A DNA stretch of 63,998 nucleotides, filler included, from Diploschistes diacapsis (lineage: Eukaryota), in NCBI GenBank assembly GCA_023645945.1. It is 4 parts of 4 records of this genome, joined end to end, with 100 filler letters (N's around TTAATTAATTAA, not from the genome) between each part and the next. Parts side by side here need not be neighbours in the genome. Positions count along the whole stretch, not along the records: positions 1 to 16,270 come from JALAIB010000515.1; positions 16,371 to 32,638 come from JALAIB010000516.1; 2 more parts are not named here. One strand, written 5' to 3'. A model generated the notes under the pieces. It worked only from the letters and a program-made list of their open reading frames with translations, had not been told where the DNA came from and did not search any database. The position numbers and the translations under genes are program-made. Below, piece by piece: positions 13,304 to 26,800 of the stretch (within the stretch, counting starts at the first letter, position 1; each line of letters opens with the position of its first letter).

Positions 13304-15801
13304 ATCATGGCTCGTGGCACCAAGCATTTTTTCCCTACCACTGGTTTGGCTGACGGTTTTTGGTGGGCGTGATGGGCTGGGGTGGACTAGGTGGGCTCAG
13401 TTCACGATCCACACGGAAACAAATCTTTGTAGGTATAAGTACCAGTACCAGCGCCCTCGTACTCCTATACCAACAGTATTCCCCGGCTATACCGAAGTAC
13501 CCACCTACGGAGGTAGCTCTCTAAGTTTGGCAGCGAGAGAACCAGGAACCTGCAAACCAAGAGAGCAAGGCTTGCTCAAACAAGTTCGACTTGCCAGCAG
13601 GTGCATCATGGATTTCGCACGTCTTACGGAACGATGCAGTCTTTGGAGCAGCAACTGGTTCAAGAACGAAGAACCAAACCCGTCTCTCCCTGTTCGCCTC
13701 ATCATGGCTGGTTGATATACCGCTCTCGTCGAGCATCACAGAGGGTCTGTTATTCTTGTCGCAATAGCTACCAATCTTTCGGGTTGTTCTCACCAGGCCG
13801 ATCAGAAGCGATATTGAATCTCGAGAGGTCCTAGAGCAATGATGCAACTCAGTGTATTGACCGTCTCTTCTTTCCCTCGAATACCTCAACTTTGGATCGG
13901 CTGTCCAGTTGATATACAACAAGCGAAAGAGTATCGTACCTCAGCCGTTGCCGCCCGAGCCACGAGCATCTTGATATTTCTACCAAGCCTTAGCGAACGT
14001 CCAAAATGCTACAAACCCAACACAGATCTTAAGCCCGACCAGGCGAGGAAGCAAGACGATGTTAATGACAATCAGCATAACAAACACCTCTTTCACCACT
14101 TTATGCTCATACAAGCACTTGAAAGATGCTTCAGATTAATTATAATACAAACCAGGAAGGTCTCGGGAAGAGCTTGAAGTCTTTAGGGGTTTTTCGTAAA
14201 TGGTCCGAAGCATCTTTCGAGCTCTTGTGTAGGCATGAGATGGTAAGGGAGGTGTTTAGTGTGCCAATTATCATTGATATCGCCTCGGGAAGCTTGCATA
14301 CAGACTCGGACAGGTTGACTCCAGCTTGACTTACGCCGGCATTACCCCATTATCTTGGTGGTACCCTACCTTTTCACTGTAACTGGGTCTGTGGCGCATC
14401 TGTCGAGAGTCATTCTGGCTACATGGTGAATATTGGTAGAATCTCAACAGTAACCATGACTCGGAGAGAGCATTCCAGCGTGTTGTGCAAGCATAGGAAG
14501 GAGGAATCTCTTTTGACGCACTCAAGAGACGAAGGAGCTTGTTGTTTGTAAAGACATGTTTCATCCTAGGTTGTTGTAGCTTCGCAGACCTCTGTGACAT
14601 GCGGGTACTGTACCCCGGCTTATCGCAATCTGATCTCCCAGTTAATCGGTTGTAGCTGCTCTATGCCGTTTGACTATATTATTTTCAGAACTCGGGACAA
14701 GCTCAAACTCCAACGAAAGATAGCTGACTTCATGCCCGGTAGCTCCGTAACGTTGGGTTGTGCTGGCAAAAGTGCTAATCTTCCGCTGATCCTCGCCTTG
14801 TTCCTCTCGTTACTCTTGGTATCCGTTGCTGTTGAGAGATTATGGTCGAAATGAGGCGTATAGCGCTGGGAGAAGTTGTTTCTCTTAAAGGAGTCCGCAG
14901 AAGAAATCACCACTTCTGTCCCTAACAGGAAAAACCCATCACACCAAAGTCGAACACAACCCGAACGATAGTGCCAGTGGAGCAAAACAAGGAATCGTTG
15001 AACGCGTTATTTCAGATCCTTCATCGTGATGTAGAACTCTAACCTAGTTATCCAGGGTCGTGCATGATATTAATGCTGACTCTGAGTTTCAAGCCTCTGT
15101 GCTTGCGTAGTGTTATTTCCAACTTTTCCAGACAAGTGGTATATCGTTGTGGCCTCTCTCTTTATGATCAGGAACCCTGGCTATTCTTCGACCTTCGTGA
15201 CTTCGACTGCAAATCGGGATCCGAGCTCTATGGTACCTGCATGCCTAATGCTTCAATGGTACTAGCGTACTAGAAACGGCACCTTTCTCTAGGGGACCGA
15301 ACTGCGATATTGGGGGTCTTATATGCCCCGAAGAGAGAAGCGAAGCATGGTAGAAGCCAGTGAAATATCAGAGTAATGTGTCGTACCTCTGTCACTTACT
15401 CTAGTTCTTTGGACCGTTTATCACCAATTTTTCCGAAAAAGTTTTCCCAATATCATTTTCCGGAACAACCATATTCGCAGATATCAAGTACATAGTACTC
15501 GATTACCCATAACATGCTAAAGTAAAAGGTCAAACTGGTCGCTCGTTGAGACCTACAGTGCTGCACTACAAAAGTTTCGTCAGTCTTGAAGATGGAGAGC
15601 TCGTCCCGAGAGTGATCCGAAATGCGATGGCGATGCTGCATGGTGATGCTATATAATTCAAGAATGCCGCCATGATATAGCGGCTGGACTTGAAGGTAAT
15701 TAATATTCAACGGTTCGAGATTTCGCTACGAGACTAGAGTCGTTGAAGCCCTTTCGCTATCGAGCCATCCCCTTTCGCCGTCAATTTCATGGGAAGTGAC
15801 C

Positions 15802-15965
15802 ATGGGAACGTCTCCAAAAGATCAAACCAAGGTGCCCATCATAGGAAGTGGGTTGACCTGCGCGCAGGCGCTTCGTAAGCAGGGTATATCATCGGAAATC
15901 TTCGAGCGAGATGTTGCACTACATGCTCGATTCCAAGACTGGGCGATTCCTATGCATTCTTGGTG
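15802..15965 (+). pseudogene. N-terminal remnant of an FAD-dependent monooxygenase
   Basis: KVPIIGS-GLTCAQALRKQGISSEIFERD...RFQDWAI is a Rossmann motif with a damaged GxGxxG. Similarity ends and gives way to AT-rich DNA. Confidence 0.65.
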
Positions 15966-16270
15966 CTCAGAGTACCGAGCTCATATACAGTCACGTCCCA
16001 AAAGTAATGGTCCCTCCACCAAAACACACCAAAATTTTCGCATTTCAGGAAGCTCCCAACTCATCAATTAAAGGTTTTAGGAGTTGAAAAGATTATAACG
16101 GACATTTAAAACTACGCTCAATATATATAAATTCTTTTAAAAAAACTCCATGCGATATAGAGTGATTAATAACACGATAAACTATTGAAGTGTACCGCTG
16201 CCGCCAAAAATCGCGGCAACGGTACGTTCTCGATCTTTACAACGTAATTACTTCCGTTATAGCTTTAATA

Positions 16271-16370
16271 NNNNNNNNNNNNNNNNNNNNNNNNNNNNNN
16301 NNNNNNNNNNNNNNTTAATTAATTAANNNNNNNNNNNNNNNNNNNNNNNNNNNNNNNNNNNNNNNNNNNN
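16271..16370. other. Artificial contig linker
   Basis: N44-TTAATTAATTAA-N44, 100 nt, with stops in all six frames. Confidence 0.97.
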
Positions 16371-16839
16371 GAACGGTAGTATACATATACGTATATAATG
16401 AGTTACTTGTATTTCTTTAAAAAGTTTAATTTTTTAATTTCTGGAAGCGCTTGTCGGTTTTGCTTCACGCCTCTGTTCGGTTTCAGGTGCTGCTATGGAG
16501 GTACCGTTGCCGGTGGTAAGATTCTCATGGTGCTTAAGATAATCAGCTCGGCGGAGCATGGACGTGGTAATGTGTCACAATTCAGAATGCAGCCAACCAC
16601 AACAACAACTGGGGCTTATCTCGACTATGTATTCGAGGCCGTTGACTCAACTTCCGGTACGGTCAGTGGCAAAGTGCCACCGACTCCTATGCAGAGTAAA
16701 CACAGAGAAAACCACCTCAGAGCGATAACGAACTGGCACCTGGTACACAGGGTTCGTGCTGCTCGCTTGGACCTCCAGCCACTTCAGGCGTGAGACCGGC
16801 TAGACAAGAGCTGTCCCGCAATGTCGTTGCCATGCCTTC

Positions 16840-18801
16840 TCAATCGTTCGCATTAGCAACTGTCCAGCCCTCTGTCGCGGCGTCCACATCGTTTCTAAAT
16901 CTTCTCTGGCTCTCACACTGCTCCAGGAAGACCTTGTACTTGGCCTGCAGCAGCTTCAACTCATGCTGGTCCTCTGACGGATGCACCGCCCTTCCGGGCT
17001 TGCTCATACGGTCCATGATACTCCAAAGATCTTCCGTCCTCCCCTCTTTATCCGCGCTCGCCGCTTTCGCACCCAGCATGGCCGCGCCGTGCACGACCGC
17101 GGCGTGGACGTAGCGGGGTATCAGAACCGGCATCTTACATGCAGAGGCTATAAGCTTCATGAGGATCTCGTTCTGGCACTGCGAGCCGGACATGAAGATC
17201 GAGGAGATGGAGTGCCCGGACTTGTTCATGGTCTCGATGATCTGGTGCGTCTGCAGTGCAATGAACTCCATGGTTGCATAGTAGTAGAGCGAGAGGCCGT
17301 CGATGGTCTTGTCGTTGCTCAGTCCGATTACGGCGCCCTTCATGTTCGGATCGGCGATCGGCGAGCGGTTACCGAAGAGGTCGCCGTAGAAGAAGAAATG
17401 GCGGCCTAGGTAGGATATTGAGGGTGCGTTTTCCTTAGCCTGCATATCTTTCAGATGTGAGTTTAGATAGTCGTAGATGTTGGTATTGTACGAGTCGGCG
17501 ATGCTCATAGCATGTTGGTGTGCTGGGTGAGTTTCAAGGACGTGCTTGAGGAGCTCTCCTGTCGCGCTTTGACCGCCTTCCGCCATCCACATCTCTGGGA
17601 GTATGACGTCCCTATACGGGCCCCATACTCCGTTTACGAAAACCGGCTTCGGAGACATGGCGATATGGCAGGTGGATGTTCCCGCAACTGCCGCCAATCT
17701 TGTGAAGGCTTGCGACTTGTCGTTGCTGGCAAAACCTTCGCTAAGCGCCTCATTTCCAAGCTTGACCTTGGCACCAACCGTGCCTACCCAACCAGCATAC
17801 GCATCGATGACGCCGCTACCCACCGCAATGCCCGCTGAGAGGCCCAGCTCTCCAGCGGCTTTGTCGCTGAGTGTCCCGCAGAGCTCGCCTGCGCTGAAGT
17901 ACTTTCCGTTCTGCACAACGTTAGTGAACGTCCGGGTGGATCGCCTTACATGGCGGGAAAGCAACTCACTACCCCATTGACGCCGCCCATGCGCTTGAAG
18001 TTGTCTTCACAGAGCTCGCCCAGCCCTATCGCGCTCAGAAAGTCTTCCTGCCACCCTTTGACGCTGCCATCCACTCCGACCGGTAGATATCCTTGCTTGC
18101 AGACAACGCTGCAGAAGCTCCGAGTTTCGTTGCCGGTAGCTAGATGCGTTAATGCATCTCCGAGATCGTAAAACTTGCATCTATCGAAGAGCTCCTTGGG
18201 CATATTGTTCTTCAGCCACAGAACTTTGGGTATCTCCATCTCAATTGACATCGTACCACCAACATATCTAAGTAAGTTGTGCTTCGTCGCGTTAATCTTC
18301 TGGGTTTCTTCGGTAGGCCGGTGATCGAGCCAGAGCACAACGTTGCGATCATTGGTGTCAAACCCAGGACCGGTCACTGAGACAGGCTCGTCGGTATCAT
18401 GGGTAAAGACTGCCAGGGAGCACGTTGCATCGAAGCCAATACCCCGGACCGTGGATGGGTCAATGTCTGCTTGACTAAGGGCTCTCTTGACCGAATTGCA
18501 TATGCATGTCCAAATGTTGTTCGTAGATTGTTCCTGGAGTTTCATCGGGTCAGCATATTTCAGGTAGCTGCTTTATGTTAGGACTGACATAGTATCCATG
18601 CTCCGGCTGCCAGAGGCCAATGTTCTCTGAGGCTAGGCCGAGAATATCGCCCTTCGGATTGACTATACAAGCTCTCGCACTGCCGGTGCCTACATCAATG
18701 CCAACGTAGTGATCCTTATGTATGTTCAGATCATTATGTGGGTCGGTTGAGACGTGTCGGCTGCTTTGCCTATAGGGCTCGCTGAATGGGACTTGGGCCA
18801 T
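16840..18801 (-). CDS. FGGY-family pentulose/ribitol kinase (D-ribulokinase-like)
   Basis: YVGIDVGTGSARA, IGFDATCSL, WLDHR, IDAYAG, AGTSTCH, GVWGPY, EGGQSATG and GNRSP. Two introns. Confidence 0.92.
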
Positions 18802-19231
18802 TCTATATCTACTATTGGGTTAGGGCAAAAGATTTGACAAGAGAATCTGTTCTTTAAGGAAATAACAGAAACAAGAAATTCCGTTAAACGACTAGGGCTC
18901 GTATGCTGAGGAGGTAGAATACTTGTAAGAAGAATATGCTAAGTTTGGGAGTTGTTGTCTTGCTTTGTTGTCTTGCTTAACTAGTGCTACTGATCATCCA
19001 ACCAATGCGAACTTGTATGTCGAGAAGAGTCTGCAATCCGAGATGTTCCTTCCATAATGCCAGGTGATGATCATCGTGTATATAGGTGAATTGGCCCTCT
19101 AGGTTTTGGTGAGGCAGGCAGAGTGCAAATGACGTCGGATGTTCGACAGTGTTCCATGTGTTCCCCTTCCCCCGCCAAAGACAAAGCCCCCCACTATATA
19201 CTACGTTGCTAGGTAGGTAGTACCTGTGATG

Positions 19232-19260
19232 ACAGGCACAGGCACAGGCACAGGCACAGG
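19232..19260. repeat. (ACAGGC)n hexanucleotide tandem repeat
   Basis: acaggcacaggcacaggcacaggcacagg. Confidence 0.8.
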
Positions 19261-19383
19261 TCGGACTTGATGGATCTGATTAGATAGCAGGAGAGATCAC
19301 CGTCAGACTTTTGATTGAGCAACATATCTCACCAGCCGGCTACCTATCTACGCAGGCTCAAAGCTCGGAGCGTCTCAACACGG

Positions 19384-20506
19384 CTACCATTCGATATCCT
19401 CATTGACTGGCTCGGGCGCAGACTTCTCGATGGATGTTTGGAGCCCTACGTTTGGGACTGGGGTCTCTGCTGGTGCAAGGTACCGCCAGATAATCCGTTC
19501 AGGTTCGAGTCCTTCGTCTTCGCCCACGTCACAGTCTCGCTTTTCCCATGCAACGCCAGTCTTGACTCTGAAGAACTTCTTGAAGAGATCCAGGGCCACG
19601 ATGTGAGAGCTGGGCTCGGGTGCGATAGCCTGAGTGTATGACCCTTTGTTCGGTGCGGACGAGGTCAAGTAGCAAGCGTACGTCTTTGGCTGCGTGGTGC
19701 TTTCGTACAACTGCAAACACTGAGCACGAGGCCGAGCTAGGGGGACTCGGCTACAGCGTCCAGGGGAGCGGTAAATGTAGAGGGTTGCGGGCGGTGCAGA
19801 ACCCACCCTAAGCTGTCCACGAATGCCATTTCCATTTTTCTCTACCATATCCTTCCGGGCCAACGTGATATCGTATGCAAATCCGGTATCGTCCCGGTAT
19901 ATCTGGAAACCTCCTGCCTAGCATTTCAGCAAACGATCAGAATAGTTGAAAGAGCTCCTTTACGCTTGAATTTCTGCTCCTTGAGCTTGGCGCACCCTTG
20001 CTCAAACCTTGCGGTTGACCGAGACTTAGTGATGCGACTGCGAGGAGTATCTTATAGAATGAATAAATTACTAAGCTGGAGACTGGGGGCAGAAAATTAC
20101 CTGCAAAGAGCAAGTTCTTCTGCCTCGTCTCTCGCTTCTTGGCCCTCGTCTCTTTCGTCTTCGCCAGTAGGTAAGGAGCCTCGCGCTTCTTCAACTTTTT
20201 CGTGAGGGAGTCCTCTAACCAATCGAAGGTCACTGTTTTGATAGATTCGTACTTGTTGGTCTGCTTCGCTGTAGAACAATTGTCAGCGCTGATATAGCTC
20301 ATGTTGGAATACCTACTGATTGCCGATTTCTGTGACTTGAAATGTTCTTCGGAGCAGAGCATATGCGTCACCTTCTCATCCACACTGGAGCTAAAAGTAC
20401 CTCCATTGGCCTCTACCCATTTCTTGACTCTACCAGCGTCCCGACCAGGACCGAGCTCGCCAGCAATGCAGATTCTGCATGCCTTCAATACTCCTTTGGC
20501 CGGCAT
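19384..20506 (-). CDS. BRCT-domain protein with a C-terminal WGR-like domain
   Basis: BRCT: KKWVEANGG...VTHMLCS...VTFDWLEDSL. WGR-like: YDITLARKD...LYES...YACY...FKKFFRVKTGVAWEKR. Multi-exon. Confidence 0.75.
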
Positions 20507-21173
20507 TATGGGAGCTTTGACCGAAATGATTGACTGAAGGAGGTTGAACAGACTGAACGAAAGCCAGACAACTGGAGATATGATTAACTCAATTGAAGCC
20601 AACTGCTTAGTAAGAGACAAACGATAGCTAAGTTAATCTCGGCGAGGAAGTGAATAAACAAAAAAGGGCGAGAGAGCTGTCGGATCTGATGAGAAATGGG
20701 TGTGAGGCAATATGAAGGTGAATACGAAAAGTCTTGAAGGTTTTAATGTAGCAGTGACATCGCCATTTGTTGGACCCCAAAGATGTTAGGAGTATCTGTT
20801 TCTTTGGGCGAATCCCGACCTGTGAGGGAAAGGCTATGGAAGCTATTCGAATTATCTCCCGTCAAATACGATCATCCTCCTGCAGCAGTACTTGCGAGGA
20901 TGTAATGAAGAGCGTTAGGGGAGATGAGGATGTTAATGGATGTGCTTTGAGATCCAAATCAACCCGAAACGAGAGGGGCCAAGGTGATTTTCAAACAGCG
21001 TAGAGGAAGTTGAGATGGATCTTTGGCATAGGCGGTTTATGAGATGCGCAGGAGTAGAAGCGAGTAGACAAGCACTTCGACCACGAAGTACCTCAGAACT
21101 TCAAGTTACTATTTGAAATGAGAACATGAAACGCTTGTACTGCTTCAGTGCTTGTTATAAAAGGGAACTGAGG

Positions 21174-23524
21174 CTAAAGTTGTTTAGCTGTTGCGATAAA
21201 ATTCTTGATCCTTTCGAGGCTTTGGGAACCGTTTTCTTCCACGCCACTGCTCACATCGACAGCGACTATGCCGTGTCTGAGCGCTTTGGAATTGACGAAC
21301 GTACCGCTCAAATTTTCGGGCGTCAGTCCTCCGGCCAGAATGACACTTAGGCCAGGATCAAGCAACAGCCTCCTCTCAACTTCTGCGATATCTGTAGACT
21401 GTCCTGTGCCCCCAACAGCAGAATCAAGAAGTGGCAAGGCGTGATAGCCTCGTTTGCTCAATTCAGTATCATTAGGATTGAATCTGTGGATGACGGGAAC
21501 AGGTATCAACGTGGCCCACTCAACTGGCTCTTCTCCATGCAGCTGAACAATATCTAGATCCAATACTCTTTGCTGCTCAAGGATGTAAGATAAAGGCTGG
21601 TTTTGGAACACGCCTACCAGGAGTGGATGACGACTCCGGCGAATCCATTGAGTGCTCAAGCCGAAGAAATGCTGGGCTTTCGCCGAGCCCGAGAACATAG
21701 TCTTCCGATCTATAGAGCGCTCTGTAGAATGAACTACTTTGGAGATTTGCAATGCAATGTCATTTGAGACTGTCCGTTTTCTTCCCTCAGCTAGGATTAT
21801 CCCAACCATATCTGCACCTGCCCGTACAGCAGCACCAGCCGCTTCGACGGTCCGGGTACCACATATCTTGACTAACATCTCCGCTTTGCTTGCTTCAATA
21901 CCGTTGACTTCTTGGGTACCTAGAAGTGTCTTTACGAAGACCTCGACGTCAGAAGCTCGCATCAAAGCCTCGCCAATCAAAACCCCGCCAACGTTGTGCT
22001 GCTTATACTCTTCAACATCATCTGGACTAGAGATACCGCTTAAGGCGCATATAAACACGTCTTTTGGTACTTTGTCCATCAATCTGCTGGTTGTTCCTAG
22101 GTCAACCTTGAAGCTTTTAAGATCTCTATTGTTGACACCAATTACTCGGGCGCCAAGCCCGAGAGCAGTCGCCATTTCTTGCTCTGTATTAACTTCGACT
22201 AGAGGCTCCATTCCCAAAAGTTGCGAGTATTTGTACAGCCTTTGTAAAGTCTCGGGATCAAGCATCTTCACAATCAAGAGGATCGTATCGGCGCCAGCAA
22301 TTCTAGCTTCAAGGATCTGATATTCACTGAAAACAAACTCTTTGCGCAATACCGCTGGACGGTTCGGCATTGCTTCAAGACTTTGGCGTACCGATCTTAG
22401 GTCGTCGATACTGCCCTTGAACCACTCCGGTTCGGTAAGGACTGATATAACACTTGCACCAGCTGCAGCATACTTTCGAGCTTGAGCTGGGGCGCATATT
22501 GTCATAGCAATCGGACCTTTAGATGGCGAAGCTCTTTTGATTTCTGCCATAAGAGACAACGAGTATGGCGATTGACGCACGCGGGTTTCAAAAGATATTA
22601 ACGGAGGAGCAAGGCCAAGGGAGTGTGCTTCCTGCAAGTCTGGAAATCGTTGCGATGGGATGTTTCCTTGAATCTCGACAGCAGCTCGCCTGTGGCGATA
22701 GATTCGTTCTAAGATTGATTCTGGTGCTTTTTGGTTCTGCTCACCACCATTGACCTGCGGTTTTATCCCTGCATTTGAGCTTGTCATCGACTCATTTTCC
22801 GCCCAAGTCCCGCCTTTCATTTTCAGGAAATTGTTAAGCATTTTTCTTCCATCCGCAGTCAGTATACTCTCCGGATGGAACTGGACCCCCTCTACGAGAA
22901 GTTCCTTATGTCTGACGCCCATGATGATTCCTTTCCCTCCATCAGATCCTCCCGCTACCCAGGAGGATATTTCTAGAGAATCAGGCAGAGTAGCATGGGT
23001 CCCAGCCAACGAGTGATAGCGAGTCACTGGTAGGTCTTGCGGTAGCCCTGCATACACGCCTTTGTTATCATGCCGAAGCGGCGATGTTTTACCGTGAATA
23101 ATTTCACCAGTGACATCTACCGTGCCCCCAAAACTTGCAAAGATACACTGTCTTTGCATACAACATAAGCTCTAAAGTAATTGGAGGTGCCTGGGAGTAC
23201 TTACTCTCCCATACATACTCCCAGTACCGGAATCTTTCCACTGAAGTGCCTGATAGCCTCGCAACTTATTCCAGCATCGCTATCTGGATGCCCCGGGCCT
23301 GGGCTGACGACAAGTTGTGTGGGCTGCATCTGGATGAGTTGCTCTAAATTTATTTCATCGTTCCGGATAACTGTCACAGATGCGCCTTCCAAGGTTAAAT
23401 ACTGATAGACGTTCCATGTAAAGGAATCGTAGTTGTCTATAAGTATAAGGTTCGAAGCGTTAGCTAAAGGCGGAGCCGGAGATGGATGGTGAGGTGAATG
23501 ATCCACCAATTCCAAATTGGCCAT
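21174..23524 (-). CDS. TRP1: Trifunctional tryptophan biosynthesis protein (anthranilate synthase GATase, IGPS, PRAI; trpC/trp-1)
   Basis: [67 protein letters not shown] and VDVSSGVE. One intron ~23207-23136. Confidence 0.96.
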
Positions 23525-23879
23525 GTTTGCAGTAGAATATAGGTAGTAAGTTTGAAAAAGCCGGGCGATATCTGACGTTTGTACTGTGTTAGCGTGCCTT
23601 TTGGCATCTGCGGTCAGCCCTGTCTCAAGTCATCTCTCAGTTCAACTATTAGCGTAGGTAAGCACGCCGAGCTCTCCTTCACGTCTGAATTTCTCCCTAT
23701 GACCAGTTAAGATTTGAGCTAAAAGCGTGCAGGCTAATATTTAACCCCAGATTTACTTTGCAGTCTCAATTAGAACATCTAAATATACAGCAGCCCTTCG
23801 CAGTAATCCGCGTTGTTCCAAGTTCTGCCAGGATACCCAGCAGAAACTTGGGAGCAGATCAAGGCCAACGGCAGCCGTA

Positions 23880-26800
23880 ATGGCGCCCGCGGAAGAGTCG
23901 GCCTTCTTCCCATCTTTGCATGCATGTCTTGACGGGTACCCTAAGCTGCTGTGAGTTTCTTGCTAGTATTGTTCTGTTCTACGACTGATTCGTTGCTCCT
24001 CAGATCATGGAGGACGGTTGCGACTGAGCTTTCTCGTGTTACTTCTCAGCCCTTGGAGAAAGTTGTTCTTCGGCATATTCAAGATCCAGCGGCGCAACGA
24101 GCGATTACACGGTGTCTAGATGCTCCTTCAGCGACCCAGGGGTCCAAAAGTGAGTTCGAGACTCTGACATCCGCTATCAATATCACACCGAGCTCGAATG
24201 GACGCTACAATATCAGTCAAATCAAGGAAGATGCTGTTTGGCTTAGTAAACAGGTCGAAATCGATGAAGTTTCAGCCCTTAGGCTTACGATTCTTGAGTG
24301 GCAGTCAAGGCCAACAGAGCGTTTGTTGCAAGAAAATATAGTAGATGCAGCGCAAGAGCTGGCTTTAGATGGGTTAAGCAGCTCGTTAAAGGCATCGTTC
24401 CTTTTATCGCCTACGTCATTCGTCAAAACCGCCCGACCTGTTCTCGATACAGACTTCGATTCATCGGCAGCCAGGCACTTGCGGCTTCTGAGATTACATG
24501 TGTCCGAAGAGCAATACCTTCTCCAGACTACAGAATGCCTAGTATCGCGGGCCGTCACTTATGGTGCTACAAACCATGCCGAAGGCCGTACCAGCTTCGC
24601 AGACTCAGACTTTGGTGTAGAAGATGTCGGTTTGAGGATATTGAAGATCTGGCAGCTGGCCAAGGCTTGGTCTAACGAAAGCAAACTATGGCTCACCAAA
24701 GCATTGTCATATCTCGAGAAGAAACTGCACCACTTGAGCCGAGAGAGTGGGTGGGCAAACGAGCATGAATCAGAGACTGATTTGGAACAGCAATGGAGCA
24801 ATTGCAATATCCTTCAAATGATTTCTGTATTACGGATGCTGCTGGTAGTGGGGAATACATCACCTGTTCTAGCTCAACCCTCGATCGTTCTCGGCTGGTT
24901 TAGACTCATGGCTCGTACTAATTTCCTTGAAAGCATCCACATCGTGAGTTTTCTAATGCGATCTGGTGCAAGGTGCTTCGACTGACCCAGATTCAGACTT
25001 CTCCTTTGCTATCTTTCGCTCATGTTCCTTATCTGCGATGTTTAGGGGCGTTAAATTCTCTGGCCTTCTTGCAATTCCACCAAGCAATTGCCAGCCTGCC
25101 TGAATTGTCCTCCCTAGCAGCTTCAAGTAATGAGCCCAGCGACAAGGTAAGCTATGTGCAAGATATTAGCTGCGTTGAGGAAGTCACCCATATCTTGGTA
25201 GATGCAGCTTCCGCATCGATTGATTCGGCAATGTTAGCAGTCTTTGCATGGTGCATCATATTGCAGACAATTAGGGACTTTGCCATTTCATCCACCGAAA
25301 TTAAAGAGTTGCGACAATCCCAAAAGGCCATTGAAAACTATGGTGGCACAACTCAGTCAGACAATGATAGCAATGATGGCGGTTCAGAGCGGCGCAGAAT
25401 CTCACCCCAAAGACGGTCTTCATTTGGCAGCGACGCCTCTCAACAGGCCACTTTGTTCGAAGACATTATCGAGCTTGTTCAGAAACTAGAGCCGAATGAT
25501 GATCTGATTCGCCTTCTCGCTCAGACGACTGCTGATCCGACTTTTCGGGTCGTCGCCAATCTAGCTCGTATTTCTTTTTCGCAGCTAGCTTCAGGCCACA
25601 AACAAGAGACCCTAGTAGCTACGCGTTCTTTGCTTCTAGATCTAGTCCGCTCGGCAAAACATTTCGTTGGCTATTCTGAAAGCATTCTAGAAAGTTTGCT
25701 CTCGATCGTTCTCGGTGACGACGACTTCTGGGAAATTCAAAGTCACAGCAATCATCGTGAGCACTCATTCAATAATGAGACTCGATTTTTGAGAGGAGAC
25801 CATTTAGTAACAGAAGTTTTTGAGGAGGCACTGGGTCGTTTCCCATATGAAAGTGTACCGTTCATTAAGATATGTCGAGCATTGCTGCCTTATCAGCGCC
25901 CTCAGGGGGACATGCATGACCCAATCCTCGATACTCTGATCATGTTGCCTTCATTCACGAGCTTAGTGATAGAACCCGACGTCCCATACGAGTTAGAGGG
26001 TGACGGTGATAATGTTTCATTGAGGCTTTCATCGCCTATGGATATCATGCTATTGGCGTTCCCTTCTTTGAAGCCAGTCTCTCGCTATCTGCTGTCACCT
26101 CAAACGTTCAAGGTTCCGGAAGGCACTGTGGGAAGGGCTTTATCCGATAGCAAACCCATTGTTGCTCTCTGGGACTTTAGTTATTCCTCGCTCCGACTGT
26201 TTGGCCTCATTCTACAGAACACGCTCGAGTTAAGAACCGACCGTGCACTGCCAACTTCTCATCCGCTCTTTGAAATCTCTATGGAGATCATCGGGTTGAT
26301 GACGACCAGTATTTCCAGGCTTACTAGGAATTCTCCCACCTCACAAGACGATACGCACTCTCATAGTACTGCGCGGCAGATCTTGGAAGAAGCCAGTGAT
26401 AGCCTGAGCCGTAACCAAGATGTCGTTGCCGTCATTCTGGACCTCTTAGAAGGAGAGCTTTACAAACAGCAGTCGACTACAAGAGGATTTGATTCAACAG
26501 GCTTAATCACGCGAGGTCTCCAGTTTCTTTCGATATTAGGGATCATGATGCCGAGTCGCGTATGGCCTTTTCTGGGTAGAAGTGGGCTTCTCGGCCTGCA
26601 TGGAACTGAAAGCAAACTAACAGCTGTTGTGGTTGCGATCGAAATACCCTCGGGAGAGTTTCCCATCCTTTTGAGCAGCATCCATCTGCTTGAGGTCATT
26701 CTCGAAGACGCTGTAAGGAACGCAGCGCGCAAAAACCCTGCATCAAAAGCTCTACAACGCTTCAATCAAACGGAGCAAGAATCAGCTGGTGCCGGCATCC

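Noticed and set aside
13314..15710. Several short ORFs between NRP1 and the monooxygenase remnant
   Set aside because: No recognisable motifs or coherent exon chain.
16315..16326. TTAATTAATTAA palindrome recurring three times at ~16.3-kb spacing
   Set aside because: Synthetic six-frame-stop spacer inside N runs, not biological periodicity.
21739..22320. 193-aa ORF antisense to TRP1, and similar ORFs opposite FGGY, COQ6 and MRD1
   Set aside because: Antisense shadows of real coding sequence.
23525..23879. Gcn4/CpcA site in the TRP1 promoter
   Set aside because: Best match is ATGACTT, not TGACTC; not supportable.
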